Under the pieces are notes generated by a model. That model was not told the DNA's origin, did not search any database, and saw only the letters and a program-made list of their open reading frames with translations. From Paraspadella gotoi (lineage: Eukaryota > Animalia > Chaetognatha), in the NCBI GenBank assembly GCA_051294375.1, contig CM119268.1, positions 4,169,569 through 4,233,568 on the forward strand: 64,000 nucleotides of DNA, written 5' to 3'. Of this stretch, positions 63,261 to 64,000 are shown piece by piece. The translations under genes were made by a program, and so were the position numbers. The first letter of the stretch is position 1. The number at the start of each line of letters is the position of its first letter.

Positions 63261-64000
63261 GTGAGGCAAAAGCCGCCCGTCTCGCCCAAACCGATCGTCG
63301 TTGGTGAAAGGGCGACGATCGCTGAGGTGGGTTCGAGGGGGGTTGGGGGGGGTAAGCGGAGGGAGGGTGAGGAGAGAGGGTGAATTATTTAAATAATAAA
63401 TTTAAATGAATTAATTTTAATACAACTATGTACTACATGTTTTTGATTAAAGCTTTTTTTCGAATGGATAGAAGAAAAAGGGCGGGAAAGGAGACAGCGA
63501 AGAAGAGGAGGGGGAGGAGGAAGATGAAAAGGAGAAAAGAAGAAGAAGAAGGAAATTAAGTAGGCGAAATGAAGACACGAAGGAGAGAAGGGAAGAAAAT
63601 TTAGTAAAAAGAAAATGAAAATAAAAATAGTGGAGTAACAAAAAACCGAGCAAAAAAAAACAAAAACAAAGAAACAAAAAACATGGAAAAATAGGGCAGG
63701 GGCGGCGGCAGGGGCTTCAGCGGCGGCGGCGGCAGGGGCTGCAGCGGCGGCGTCGGCAGCAGCGACATGGGCTTCTACTTTGGCCGTGAAGTCGACAAAA
63801 ACTTTTAGCAGATTATTTTCTCGATTAGAAAAAAAAAGTATTAAAGAGGAGAAATGGGGCGGACAAATCTCCGGGTTTTTCTGGAGTGCAAGAGGCAGTG
63901 AAAGGTGAATAAGGGAGTGATAATTGGCAATTTGGAGTGTCCTTGGGATGGGGAATGCTAAGCGGCGATCTCGGGTGTGCCAGGGGTGGCAAAACGCCGC

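Overview
Repeat-rich draft genomic DNA from a eukaryote, very likely an invertebrate animal. It has many (GA/CT)n tracts, N gaps, and indel-noisy duplicated blocks that resemble unpolished long-read gap fills. Most ORFs in the supplied track are microsatellite or gap artefacts. Supported content: (1) a multi-exon minus-strand gene (~13.1-38.4 kb) that I reconstructed by splice phase, encoding a type I membrane protein with several Ig-like domains, a Gly-rich stalk, one TM helix and a low-complexity tail; parts of it recur as a tandem, an inverted and a dispersed copy (47.7-54.2 kb); (2) a Ty3/Gypsy LTR retrotransposon of the CsRn1 clade with uninterrupted ORFs (38599-44700; tRNA-Trp PBS, CHCC knuckle, G_GGA_AAC -1 frameshift signal, long Pol tail, no TSD); (3) a TRIM-like mini LTR element (668-1414); (4) two non-autonomous DNA transposons defined by empty-site comparison inside the window (Kolobok-like at a TTAA site; a 1.4-kb foldback with an 8-bp TSD); (5) degenerate LINE and LTR remnants, a tRNA-Asp fragment and several minisatellites; (6) a plus-strand gene from ~61 kb encoding a protein of alternating K/R/S and D/E blocks, behind a motif-dense promoter-like region. 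No prokaryotic system and no CRISPR array is supported, and I found nothing I can call a new biological system with confidence.
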